Assembly (NCBI GenBank): GCA_000934665.2
Contig: KZ538147.1
Location: 62,001-115,438 of the forward strand
Length of the DNA stretch: 53,438 nucleotides
Direction of reading: 5' to 3'
Source: Catajapyx aquilonaris
Taxonomy: Eukaryota
Part shown: in pieces, positions 36,401-47,693 of the stretch
Layout of the letters: every line of letters begins with the position of its first letter
How positions within the stretch are numbered: position 1 is the stretch's first letter
Notes under the pieces: model-generated
Told to the model about the DNA's origin: nothing
Seen by the model: only the letters and a program-made list of their open reading frames with translations
Database searches by the model: none
Translations under genes and position numbers: made by a program

Positions 36401-37752
36401 ATATATTCAACATCAGCAAAAAAAAATAATTGTGTCACCTTGTGATGCCAACAGAACTGTAATCTGTTGGTATCCCATGATTACAATCTGGTGTCAATAT
36501 GTGTAGCCACCTAGTGTCGAATATCTTTATTTGGCCGGGAAAATTAAATCACTGATGAAAATGGTGGATGCCACTGCTGAAGCTAGGTGCTCTTCTTATA
36601 AGTTTTATTTTTTCCCTCACCTTTAGAGTGTGATTTTTGTCAATGCAGTGAATGTCCTGGGATCCGCAAGGAATGTGTATTAGGAAATACGAAAAGATGT
36701 GTCTGTGACAATCTTTGTTGCTGTAGAAGCGTAGAGAACTGGTAATTTCTTTTCTTTCTGAGACCAAGTGTCAATTTAAATGACATCTGAAGGTCGGAAA
36801 ATAGGCACACACTATCGACAGAACCCTCCTGGAGCCGAATGCACAGGAGTCATGGGAGTGGCAACCACTCCAGGCCCCCAAAATGTTCAGAAAATGCAAT
36901 AGGAACTGACATTGCTTTACTCAATTCTTCTCGGGTTTCAGGAGGATATGGCCTTTTTTTCAAGGGGGCAAGGAGACGAAAGTTGCTCAGTTTACAGTCA
37001 GGTCTGTACACATCTGCATGAGGGTGCACCCAAGTGCATCAAAAGAGAACGAGCCAGCAAAGATGGCAAATGTGTTAGCATTGCCCACCCTTATTGAGCA
37101 TTAAGCTGCTGTGCTTTTTTGTGGGCAAAAGGCAAAACTCCCACCCAAATTCACAAGGATATGACAGAAGTGTATGGGAACATATGCCTGTACCATAGCA
37201 ACCTTTCAAGATGGTGTAAGCCGTAAGGTGTTTTCTGAGGACCGAGAAGACATTACCGATCAGCATTGTTCCGGATGTCCAGTAAAAAAGCTATTATGGC
37301 AAAAAAAGGAGATCTAAAAACATGGCACCTTTAATGATGTACCACAGTGGGACAATGTATCAACAGAAACGGTTCATATGTTGAAAAATAGCCAAAGGTT
37401 GTTCCTTGCTGTCACCTATAAGACATTTTATTATTTACATTAAACTTAGCTTGAAAAAAATTATTGTGTCTTACTTATTGATAATTGCAAATGTTGCCTT
37501 TGAACACAAGACCCATTCTGCTCTTTTCCTCTTGTGCAGGAGAGGCAACGTGCAGCAGAGAAAGAAGCTCGCAAGGGAAAGAGCAAGAACCAGAGCAGCA
37601 GCAGCAATGCAGATGAGGAAGATGGCAGTGCCAGTACCACTAGCACTCCTGCGTCTGAGCCTACGCCGCCCACGCCCACACCTGTATCAAAGAAACGTGG
37701 TTGGCACGGCCGCCAGAAGGAAGATGGTGCTCCAAAACGACGCAGGATCTAA
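32410..37752 (+). CDS. MRGBP: MRG/MORF4L-binding protein (Eaf7/CT20 family, NuA4 subunit)
   Basis: Exons 32410-32763 and 37540-37752 are phase 0. Motifs include EVQLFYAITGHKPVGVSKHFQMACI, IWEHLDTMYDMQAL, PFPN..DFSLP and a C-terminal KRRRI. Confidence 0.92.
32953..33141. mobile_element. PIF/Harbinger(Tourist)-like MITE
   Basis: TIRs AGCAGGGTACACAC / GTGTGTACCCTGCT, extending ~30 bp, with 3-bp flanks TAA / TCA. Confidence 0.7.
33432..33755 (-). mobile_element. tRNA-derived SINE with (ATT)n tail
   Basis: Minus-strand A box TGGCATAGTGG and B box GGTTCGAATCC, a (AAT)n tract at 33431-33481, and a 14-bp TSD CACAGGCAGTACTA at 33418 and 33756. Confidence 0.9.
33790..34646. mobile_element. Foldback element with long inverted arms
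   Basis: The left arm (33790-33868 plus 34127-34310) mirrors 34360-34646 around a short core. Confidence 0.8.
33869..34126. mobile_element. TA-targeting MITE nested in the foldback
   Basis: 32-bp TIRs TCGTCGGCCGGCGATCAAAACCTCGTAACTCC / GGAGTTACGAGGTTTTGATTGCCGGCCGACGA with a TA duplication. It is absent from the mirror arm. Confidence 0.85.
34848..35178 (+). mobile_element. tRNA-derived SINE with V-domain-like core
   Basis: A box TGGCCGAGTGG and B box AGTTCGATCC, core GCGTGGGTTTCCTTGGGGTTCTCCCGTTTCCTCCCACA, and a (CATT)-like tail. Confidence 0.8.
36274..37398. mobile_element. 1.1-kb element bounded by ~105-bp imperfect TIRs
   Basis: 36274-36380 is the reverse complement of 37294-37398 (CATATGAACC.TTTCTGTTGAT..TGTCCCACTGTGGTACAT). 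Confidence 0.7.
37063..37285 (+). pseudogene. Degenerate mariner transposase N-terminus
   Basis: With a stop and frameshifts it reads LWAKGKTPTQIHKDMTEVYGNICLYHSNLSRWCK..FSEDREDITDQHCSGCP, matching the mariner HTH pattern (IH...VYG...W..F..GR.D..D..RSGRP). Confidence 0.8.
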
Positions 37753-38525
37753 CTGGAAGTGAACCCAGTTACACACATGAAAGACACAAGTTACAGGTGT
37801 ACCTTTCAACCATATTCATTCAAAGTGTCTAAGGCCCTTAGAGTGTGAGCACCTGGATAATTACCTGCCCAATTTTTTGACTTTGGTTACACATTTCATA
37901 AGGGCCACTGCCCAGGCAGGTAGCTATATGATATACACATTTTAAGGCCCTGAACCATAATAAATGTACATTTTCATAGTTACTTTAATCCCCAGTTGCA
38001 CCATTATTCCCCCCTATGACAACTACATAACAAAACCCACATGTAGGTGTGTACAGTACATAAGGCCTGTGGACTAGTCTGGCTCAGCAAAGTGATGTTG
38101 TTCTTCTCAGTTAACACAAGCCCTCTTCATATGAGGGCACCAACAATTACCTTTGTGGAAAATGTAGGTACAGTTAATTACACGAGGCACGAGAAATAAG
38201 AAACTGAAATATCTAAATGACCAATTAAATTTCCCAAATATCCAACTGTTGCCTTTGAAAGGAACAAATATGATAGCAAGTCCAAATTTTTGTGACTCCA
38301 ACTGAGTGTATTCCTAAGGCAGTAATTACAGGCGACGCTGTCTCTGGGCAGGAAGGAAATATCACATATCTGACTACAGAGTGTAAGTAATAAGGAAAGA
38401 CGACTCCTGTGTCTACCCAGAAACTATATTACAGTAATACTCCATAACACAGAAGGTGTGAGCCCAAAGTACAATGCACATATACACATATTACACACGC
38501 ACGCACGCACTTTAGGAATGCAACT

Positions 38526-41500
38526 TCAGAAGAGTACGTCCTCATCATGTTGGTCATCAAGTATGTTAGCAGCTTCATTTTCCATTTCTATTCCCTCGGC
38601 CTTCAGACGGGCCTTCTCAGCTTCTGCTTTGGCTCGTAGGATCTTCTTCTTGTCCTGGATCTTCTTGAGTCGATAGAACTCTTCGCGCTCCAGCTCATCC
38701 AGTTCTGAGATGATGTAGGCCAGGGTTCTCTCAATTCGAGGGATGATGACATGCTCAATAGCATTCACACGTCGGTTGGTCACCTTTATCACCTCATCCA
38801 AGGTGATGAATGAAGTCTGCAAAGATGCTAGCTCCACAAGGAGGCCCACTGCTTTCTGGTAGTTTTTCTGTAAAAATGTAAGCCATTTGTCACTTCAATG
38901 CATTATTATGATCATACGGATTTGGATATACCACACAAGTGGAAGATAAAATTGAGTGTGCATGACCCTGCCTCTGAGGAATTGAGAGAGCCTTGGGAGA
39001 GTTAATGAGGGACCAGTCTCTAGTAGCCAATCAGAATGTGAGGACACAAGCGGAAAGTGCCAGGCCAGCTCCTGCGCAGTCTTGTAGCATTGAATTTACT
39101 GATCAGTAAAGTCCGGATTTTTAGGCAAATGCCTATTTAGTTCCTTTACAGTTGGGATGGTTTTGTGAAGAGATCTATCCATTTCATAAGGGTGTGGCTT
39201 CCACTCCAGGCCCCCAACAACCACTTTTTGGAGATGCGACGCACCTACTACCAGACAACTGGTCATGGTCAACAACTATCAACAATGTCCTCAAAATGGC
39301 GTCAGCGAAGGGATTTTTTCATGGATCTTGCTTTGAGTCTTTCCACACCCACTGTACTCCCCTGGCCCGGCCTCCGGTGACTTTGTTTGTTTTGTTTTGT
39401 TTGTTTGTAATACCAGGTAATACCCTGTGATAGGGCCATGGGCCCTCTTTGGGGTGGGGGGAGGTTCCCAAGGGAGGGCGCTTTAAGTAGTCATTTCTGA
39501 CCCTCTTAAATACCAGACCTTTTCTCTTGGCCCTGGGCAGAGAAGGGAGTGCAATTCTGCCAGACATGTCGGGTGAAAAGCGGAAAAGGACCCAACCAAG
39601 CAAAGGTGACGGCCTGACACGGACGAGATTTGAATCCCGGACCTCCTGCTTGGCTGACCAGTAGAATAGCCACTAGACCACCATGCCCCCCGCCTCCAGT
39701 GACTTTCATCTGTTCAAATATATTTAAAAAGTCCCTTCGCCGATGCCATTTCGAGGACATTGTTGATCGTGAGGAGTCGCCTGGGAGTCGGTGCGCCGCA
39801 CCACCAAAAAGTGGTTCCTGGAGGGCCTGGAGAGGTTGACACACCCATGGTGCCAGTGCATTCGGCTCCAGGAGGAGCCTATCTACAATGTGTGCCTATT
39901 TGCCGACCTGCATGGGTGCTGTGTCTGGCAAAAACACAAATTGTAAATAATTTTGGTACCGCCCTCGTATTTCACCTATTCTGGCTTTTTGCACCTATTC
40001 ATACCTATTTGGCCTTTTTTGGGATAGTTTTGTAACTTTTTGGGCCTATTACAGACCTATTTCTTCAAAGACACGTTGTTTTTTGCTGAGTACCGGTAAT
40101 ATTTGTGCTCCTGCAATAACACTGTGCAAGTGGAAACGGGCTATATGCGGTAGAGTCCAGAGCAAGTGTTACTTTGTCTTTTGCCCAAGTTTTGTGATTT
40201 TCTGTTGGTTTGTCCTTTTTAGGTTTTTGCTCTGATTCGTGACCTATTTATATTTAGGCCTAGAAAATTTGTCTCTCTCTTGATTTTCTGTAACATTACC
40301 CTCCATACGCCCACAACATTAAATTTTTGGGCCTATTTGAGGTTTTTAAGTGCCTATTTCAGGGGTTTTTCGCACCTAAAAATCCGGACTCTACTGTTCA
40401 GTTGACAGACCTCTCAGTAAAAATGTGGGAGTTCTTTAACCCTCAGACGGTGACGTGCGAAATGTTCGCTCTCCGATGACGTGGGCACTTTTTGTGACCA
40501 AGCCATATTTTTTGTTATATCTGGCGAAATATAGCACATTCGGGCTTCACTTTTGAGACAATCATAGTGTGATTCCTTCTACGACAAATAGCATTTAGTT
40601 TACATTTTTTGAGAAAATAGTACGATCAGAAAAAAATCGGAAAGAAAATCAGTCGGGGCCAACTCCCGGGGGTAGGGGGATTCCACCCCTTGGCGGCCTG
40701 GGATGCCACCGGGAGCCGCCAGACCGGATCTGGGTTAGGCCCCATCTACGCATTGCCGCCTAATTTATTTTTTCCTGGTCGTGCTATTTGCTCAAAAAAT
40801 TTAAACTAAACATCATTCATCAGAGAAATAGTCAAACGAAAATGTTCTCAAAGATGAATCTCGAATGTCCTAAATTTGCCAAGTTATAGCAAAAAAAGGG
40901 TCGTTGGTCACAAAAAGTGCCCACGTCACCGTCCGAGGGTTAAAGTAAACATACAGGGTGGGCCAGATTTTTTGATCATTAATTTGATCATTAATTAATC
41001 AATAACCAATTCATCCAAAGGTACAGGGCGAAGTGCCCTTTGTTGTCGATAGATGGCTCTGTCATATGCCATGAAGGAGCTCAATGCTATGCGCATGCTC
41101 AGGAGAGAAAACATGGCCAGACTCAATTAGGCAGTTTTTGATTATTGTACATGTTATTTTTATTGATGAATGTTAATAATATTTAAAAGGGTACAAAAAG
41201 CGAATAACCCACACAAAAGTCATCGATTTTCAAGGTAGTGGTCGACCTGGGCACCCTCTGAGTCAACACAGGCTTGCAGATGCAAAGCAACATTTTCACA
41301 CGCCTTCCTGCACATATCAACCGGGACATTGTTGAATTCCTGAACAATCGCCTGACGCAAATGTTGTTCACTGTCGTCTGTCAATGGGGTTAGCGTACAC
41401 CTTATCCTTTGGGGCTACCTGAAGGATAAGGTGTACGCTAACCCCATTGACAGTGAACAACATTTGCGTCATGTGATTGTTCATGAATTCAACAATGTCC

Positions 41501-43817
41501 CGGTTGACATGTGCAGGAAGGCGTGTGAAAATGTTGCTTTGCATCTGCAAGCCTGTGTTGACATAGAGGGTACCCAGGTCGACCACTACCTTGAATATCG
41601 ATGACATTTGTGTGGGTTATTCGCTTTTTGTATACCCTTTTCAATATTATTAACATTCATCAATAAAAATAACATGTAATAAAAAACTGCCTAATTGAGT
41701 CTGGCCATGTTTTCTCTCCTGCGCATGCGCATAGCATTGAGCTCCTTCATGGCATATGACAGAGCCATCTATCGACAACAAAGGGCACTTCGCCCTGTAC
41801 CTTTGGATGAATTGGTTCTTGATTAATTAATGATCAAAGATTGCCTAATTGAGTCTGGCCCACCCTGTATAGTAGTTACTTGTGTGTTATGTCACTTAGG
41901 AGAGTCAAAAACAACCTAGTCCTTTAAGCCAAAGAACGATATGACATCACATCAGCCATGTAGGGGAGGCGGAGTGGCGCTGCGGCCTGCGGAAACGTAC
42001 GCGCCCACGGATGTTAAGGTCCCAGGTTCAATCCCAGCCCGGGGACACCCCCTTCATCTCGTGCAGAGTTTAGGTTGTCTCTGGCTTCGTCTCGGGTGGT
42101 ATTTCCTCAGACTAAACCACCCGGGGGAGTTCACAAAATGTACCCATAACAGTCCGCGCACATCCCCTCCTGTCATCCTGCCCGTGGGCCCGGGCGCTTC
42201 AATTAATAGGCACCAACTACTGTACAATAATAATAAAAAATAAAGGTCCGTGTCATATACCCCCAGTTGGGGGTGAAAGCACTACCCCAGGATTATAGGG
42301 TTATAGGATTATAGGATCAGCCATGTTTTCTGAGTAGTTGCAGTGTCATGCTTGCAGAGCGATTAGGGGTCATGATAGGAAGTACCTATTACCTCACATA
42401 AAGCGGCATGCCGGTATAAAACGAGGTCCACCAGCATGCCGGTATAACCCGGGGGTGGCAGGCGATGCTGCAATAACAGAGGTAGATTTCCGTAATTTTT
42501 CTCCTTGTCATTTTTTAATGGAATGCTTCTAGTACCGTACTGAAAGTGTTACGATGAAAATGGGCGAGTGTACAGGCTGTGAGAATTTGCAAGTTCTGTT
42601 GCACAGTGCATATAAAAAATGTAGATTGTGTGACCAATTCTATCATCAGCCTGCTTTTAAATAGAGATTATTGCCAGACACTGCAATTATTGAAAACAAT
42701 ATATTCAGACAATGTGCCTTTTCGATAACCTTTATGTGAATTTCGATTTTCAGGTAAATGTCAGGTTCGGAAAGGGGGGTTCACACTAGCTGACGGTAGC
42801 ATACGAAACGCACGAAATATTCATGTAACTTCTGTGAAAACCTCACCTTATACCGGCATGCCGGTATAGCCACCAGATCGTGCATGTCTAAAAACTGGTG
42901 GACCTTGGCTACACCAGCATGCCACTTTTTGTGAGGTAATGTGGTAATAGCTGGGTGGAAGCAGGCTGAACGGACACCATGTTGTTCTTTGGCTTAACGG
43001 ACTGTACTCATGTTTTGTTGTTGTTGTTGTTTTTAAGTACCAAAATTGTCCGTTGCTTACACTAAGGCAGCCTACTCCAATCAAAATCAGTTCACTTCAC
43101 AATTCGGTGTTTTGTGCGATTCCTGAGATTGCTGCATCACACAAGGTAAAAACCACTTGCATTGAACACCTAGAAATTACATACTAAAATCTGTTGCTGC
43201 TGTGGCAACAGAATTGGTTCAAGCTGATGTTCACCTAACTTGCATGAGATACATTCCTTACTATGTTGTGCCCCTACAGTACATGTGTGCACTGATGGTG
43301 GTTTCATTGGCAGTCCGCAGTGCATGGCATGTTATCAATGACCAATCCTTTTGCTAATTTTTACATGGTATCCTTAGTGGTTGTGAGAGCAAGATATCCA
43401 ATTATGTCATACCTTAAGTTTGGCCAGCTGCTGTCCTCCTCTGGCAAGTCCAGCCAGCTCATAGGTGTCAGTCCCATCCTGGTAGCTCTCAAAGATGGGC
43501 AAGCTGACTCCAGCCACGTTGTCCTTCTTGGTCCTGACCTTAATCTGGGCTCTGGTGACATTTTGAAGGACCACCTGGTTAAAATCGCCTGTAGCGAACT
43601 TTGCCTCTGCCAGGGAGAAAGCAGCCTCCTTCATAACCTCTCCCATCAAGACCTTGGTCTCTATAATTTTGGCCAGGATGAGGCGAAAGCGCATCTGAAG
43701 TGCGTCCGCCTTCTTCTTCAGGAGACTGTGCCCCTTCTGCGCACCCTTCAGCCGGGACTTCATCAGGGTCTGTGCCCCTCGTGAAGGGAAGATAGGGATT
43801 CGGTCCTTCCCAGACAT
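38526..43817 (-). CDS. ATP6V1D: V-type proton ATPase subunit D (Vha36), 248 aa
   Basis: Exons are 43817-43413 and 38867-38526, reading [35 protein letters not shown] and [15 protein letters not shown] 5'UTR intron is probable (donor 44019, acceptor 43853). Confidence 0.97.
39190..39846. mobile_element. MITE nested in the hAT-like element
   Basis: Imperfect inverted arms at 39190-39320 and 39725-39846 (GGGTGTG..ACAATGTCCTCAAAATGGC / GCCATTTCGAGGACATTGT..CACACCC). Confidence 0.7.
39385..39691 (-). mobile_element. tRNA-derived SINE with (AAAC)n tail
   Basis: Minus-strand A box TGGTCTAGTGG, B-box-like GATTCAAATC, and a 15-bp TSD GCCTCCRGTGACTTT at 39370 and 39692. Confidence 0.85.
40440..40939. 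mobile_element. piggyBac-like MITE (500 bp)
   Basis: TTAA duplication, ends CCCTCAGACGGTGACGTG / CACGTCACCGTCCGAGGG, and long imperfect internal symmetry. Confidence 0.9.
40954..41867. mobile_element. Tc1/mariner-derived foldback element (914 bp)
   Basis: TA duplication and ends CAGGGTGGGCCAGA / TCTGGCCCACCCTG. The two ~450-bp arms are near-identical and separated by a ~12-nt loop at about 41410-41421. Confidence 0.93.
41407..41604 (+). pseudogene. C-terminal fragment of Tc1/mariner-superfamily transposase
   Basis: Stop-free frame without an ATG start: [65 protein letters not shown]. Confidence 0.85.
41962..42315 (+). mobile_element. tRNA-derived SINE with (GGATTATA)n tail
   Basis: B box GGTTCAATCC and an 11-bp TSD ATCAGCCATGT at 41951 and 42316. 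Confidence 0.8.
42388..42940. mobile_element. MITE with GCATGCCGGTATA subterminal repeats
   Basis: Inverted ends ATTACCTCACATAAAGCGGCATGC / GCATGCCACTTTTTGTGAGGTAAT. Confidence 0.65.
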
Positions 43818-44826
43818 TGCTGCTACTTATTTTATGGAAGCTCCAGTCCAACCTGAAAATTCACATGCATTCACATGATCACTGAAGTGTACCTTGATAA
43901 CAAAATTAATCAGCTTTTAACCACCGTTGATTTCGAAGCTTAGTGCAACCCTAATTATTCATTTCAGCCCTTCCCTCCTGATGTGTCCGACCTGTGCAAC
44001 TCCTCATCTGGATGCTTACCTGGTCCAGGGACAGCCGAGAATGATGCCCAGCAGGTCAATCAGCTGCAGCAGCACCAAGCACCACCTGAAGACGGACGAG
44101 TCTCGTGACAGTCAACGATCAGGTGGAAACAAGGACGATCCGCGGACTTGGGTGGGGGAAGTATTGAAACCGGACCTTTCTAACGTGATATTAGAGGCGG
44201 TTGCATTACTCATATTTATGTCACGCTGGAAACATCACTGGGTCGTTAAAATTATTCACCTTTAATGCGCTGAGTGGTTCATGTTGCCAAACTGACAGTA
44301 TGGACAGCAAGTTCTCATGATGTGTAGAATTGACAACATCTCATCGCATAGATTAGCTAGTGGGCTGAGTCCGAAGCTTTGTGGACGTTTGAGAAGCCAT
44401 ATTTGTACAGTCACGTGGGTTGTGACTAGATTACCTCCATGCGGAATAATGGTCGGTACCCATGGTCGGTACTTTACTTTGTAGAGCACTTACTGCTAAC
44501 CGCCCCTGTTCAGTAAATCCGGCGCAAGCATGAATTTATTCGCTCCTAGTAGTCATACTGCACATTTTTCATTTGAACACTAGGCAGCAATGTCTCACTT
44601 TCATTACACTAACTGGCTGGACTTTATAAGTTACCTCATCTCCGCGCTCTGGCCACTTTCATACAGATGATGACTATATAGGCCAATTGTCAAATATTTC
44701 AGGGTGCTTTGTCAGTCGCTGCCATGTGTCCACTTGCGGTTGGACTCTCATGGTTGATGACTCCGTCGTAGTTGGTCACGTGAACCCGTGAATTCAATAC
44801 CAGCTGCTGCACCACTTATTTCTGAC

Positions 44827-44881
44827 TGTAGTTGGCTTTTTTGTTTTTGTTTTTGTTTTTTGTTTTTGTTTTTGTTTTTGT
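44827..44881. repeat. (TTTTTG)n microsatellite
   Basis: Seen directly in the sequence. Confidence 0.9.
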
Positions 44882-45307
44882 CATAAAATATAAGTATAGG
44901 CTACTGCGCGGTGTTTAGGTATACAACGATCAAGTAAAAGCGCCCTTTATATTTCAAACAAAAAAAGACCAGCCTCAACATTGCATGCTGGTACAGGCCT
45001 ATAATTATGCACAAGCGAAATGCATTGTGGAAACTTAAGTGCATAGTCAGAAGTAATAATGCATTATTTTTAATAATAACTGCAGGGGCTTATTTCAACT
45101 ATAGGCCCTACACTGTACATAGAGCCTGAGCACATACAGTATAATAAGCCTATATACCGGAAACCTCGGGAAATACCCACTTATCATCATAGGCTATTTA
45201 TAGTCATTCAGTGGGCGAACCGCAGCATCCAGCTATTGTAATTACCGAATAGTAAAAAATACGAGATTGGATGTAATTGAATGAGAATGAATTAGTACCG
45301 GTATCTA

Positions 45308-45748
45308 CAGGGTGTATCTGTACTCAGTACGCAGGCGTATATGACTGTCTTCCTAGGATCAACTTATGTAGAGGAGTCATTATGTCTGGGCCACCTCATT
45401 ACTGAGATAATAATTGACCCACCTGATAGTTACCGATTTGGCAAAAGAGTGATTCGTAAATAGCAGTGAATGTGCCAGTGCTCTTCAAAATTAGCAGCTA
45501 CATTCAGAACCAATTGAAATAATTACAAACCACAACACAACGTTTTTGCCTAATCGCTCCTTCTGACTGGGGGAGGGTTCGATGGGTGGCCTAACCGACA
45601 GGATATTTTGTATTACATGTTTGATGGCAATTATCTCAGTAATGAGGCGGCCCAGGCATAATGACTGTCTACATAAGTTGATCCTGTGGTGCCTAGGAAG
45701 ACAGTCATATACGTCTGTGTACTGACAAGTGAGTACAGATACACCCTG
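45308..45748. mobile_element. Tc1/mariner-type MITE (CAGGGTG ends), older copy
   Basis: ~110-bp imperfect TIRs CAGGGTGTATCTGTACTCA / TGAGTACAGATACACCCTG. The left TA is present and the right flank has diverged. Confidence 0.8.
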
Positions 45749-47693
45749 ATATGCATTATGCATATTTATCACCGGGTCGGGCGGAGAATTTTTTTAATAC
45801 GGAAAATTTTCGGAGAGGTTCTTTCTGTGTTGGTGTGGCTAGACCTGTTGTCGAGAAAAGGTTGGTTCCTGCCCTCCAATCCTCGACAAGCAGACTTATC
45901 CGCCAGATAGAGATCTTCCTTTATCCGCCTAAATGTAGATGAAAGACCGTGAAAGTTTCCGAAATGGCTGTAATAATGTGGGCCGCCGGCATCAGGCAGT
46001 GGCGTCATCTCCTTCTCAGTCATTGTTATTTTCCCATGGGCCCTACAGTAGGACCACAATGGAGACGCAGTCATTTTTTTGTGTAAGTGGAAGGATGCCG
46101 TCATCCTGTATCCGTCGGACATCGGACCACTCGCTGACTCGCTGATACGTACCTCACACTGTAACGGCCGACAGCCCTTTCACTGCCTTTTCAGGACAGA
46201 GAAATAATTTCGGCATACGGCATTTAAACTTCATTGACTGGAGTTAAAACCGCTCATTTTAGGTGGTGCAAGGAGCACGTGTAATATCTCCTATACGGTC
46301 ATTTCGTAAGTTACCCCGGGTCCCGCTATATCCCACCCGAGACGGAGCCAGAGACAACCCAATTCTACATGACATGAAACTCCAGCACTCTAGCTGCTAT
46401 GGCACAATTCCGGATCGAAAAGTGATCTCCAACCTTTCTCCGGAGAGCGCCACACACAACTAACTGCAAGAAAGACCTTCAGATTTGACTCCTTCCACTA
46501 CACAAGGCTCAGTGATGATGGGCCATCAAATGGATGGCCAAAATGTGTACACTTTGACAATATACTGAATTTTCACCCAGTTTCTCACTTCCAACTTTTC
46601 TAATCCTATAACGAAAGAAACCGGGGCACATATACGTGACGTCGGGAAACTCCCCAGGGGTGAAGGCAAACTGCTTCATGAAGAGATCAATGTAAATGTT
46701 AAGGATGATCGCTAAATGCCAAATGCATACTACTAGCTAAAGAGATCCGGATGACTGGTCGTATATAAATCACAGAACCGGTCATCCGGAACTTATTGGT
46801 CAGTATAGGACCTGGTATAGTGCATCCATCCCATGAAAATAGCTAAAGTGCAGCTATACTGCATAGCCAATAACGGAGTTGCAAGATGCCGGGTAATAAT
46901 ATTTCCTGTATCTTTTATGTAAATATATAAATAAATATCACCTGTGTATACCACAGCATCTTGGCTTAGATAAATATTAGAGCAAAACTTATTTGCGCAC
47001 AGGATTTTTGTGTTCTTCCTTATATAATGTGATTCCTCACGGATTTAGGTTCCTTTCGGAAGTGAACTAATGGCTATACACCAACTGCGGTCGTACTTTG
47101 ATGCTTCAAGGATACTTGGAACATTTCGGTTCCACCCTGTGTGTCCAAGCATGCATGAACGAAAAACGCTGATAGGGGAGTATATATATACAGCCTGGGC
47201 AGAAATACTAGGAAATTTATGATCCGCCTATTAGGGCGTGTCCCGTGCAATTTATACGAACGGTGTGCCGGAATCCAATAATGCAAAAAAGGGGGCGATC
47301 GTATATACCACGGTAGGTTAGATATTGCATTGTACAGATCCCCTCGCGGTACAATAATGACAGGAGTGGTCGTAACATCGCACTTCAAACGCAATAGGGC
47401 GTGTTTAGCCTCGTCCCCCCATCCAACCCACTGGTACTCCTTTTGCACCCCCCCCTGCATGGCGCCCCGTGTTTTGGTGGGTGGGGCGCCGTCGCGAGGT
47501 GGATTTGGCGCCGTGGTCGCCGACTCAGTGTGCGTGCGGCCGCTGCCATGGGCGGTGGAGGCTCGGACAAAACTACTACACAACAGGCCGCACCAGTCCA
47601 GACTAGGTGCTGCCGTCGGGATAGGAGACACAGCCTGCTGACAAAGTGTGGCTGTAGTGTTGCTGGATGGTGGTGACAACTACCTGAGCGACG

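Larger units (their letters stand above)
39107..40393. mobile_element. hAT-like non-autonomous element
   Basis: TIRs TAAAGTCCGGATTTTTAGG / CCTAAAAATCCGGACTCTA, an 8-bp TSD CTGATCAG / CTGTTCAG, and subterminal GCCTATTT repeats. Confidence 0.85.

Noticed and set aside
43368..43375. GTATCCTT as a U12 5' splice site
   Set aside because: It lies antisense to ATP6V1D with no plus-strand gene. All modelled introns are ordinary GT-AG.
46512..46568. C/D box snoRNA candidate (also 5131 and 17510)
   Set aside because: There is no terminal stem, the box spacing is short or implausible, and there is no recognisable rRNA guide.
47074..47679. 201-aa minus-strand ORF opposite the ERG leader
   Set aside because: It is a GC-rich leader region with no domain similarity or splice support.
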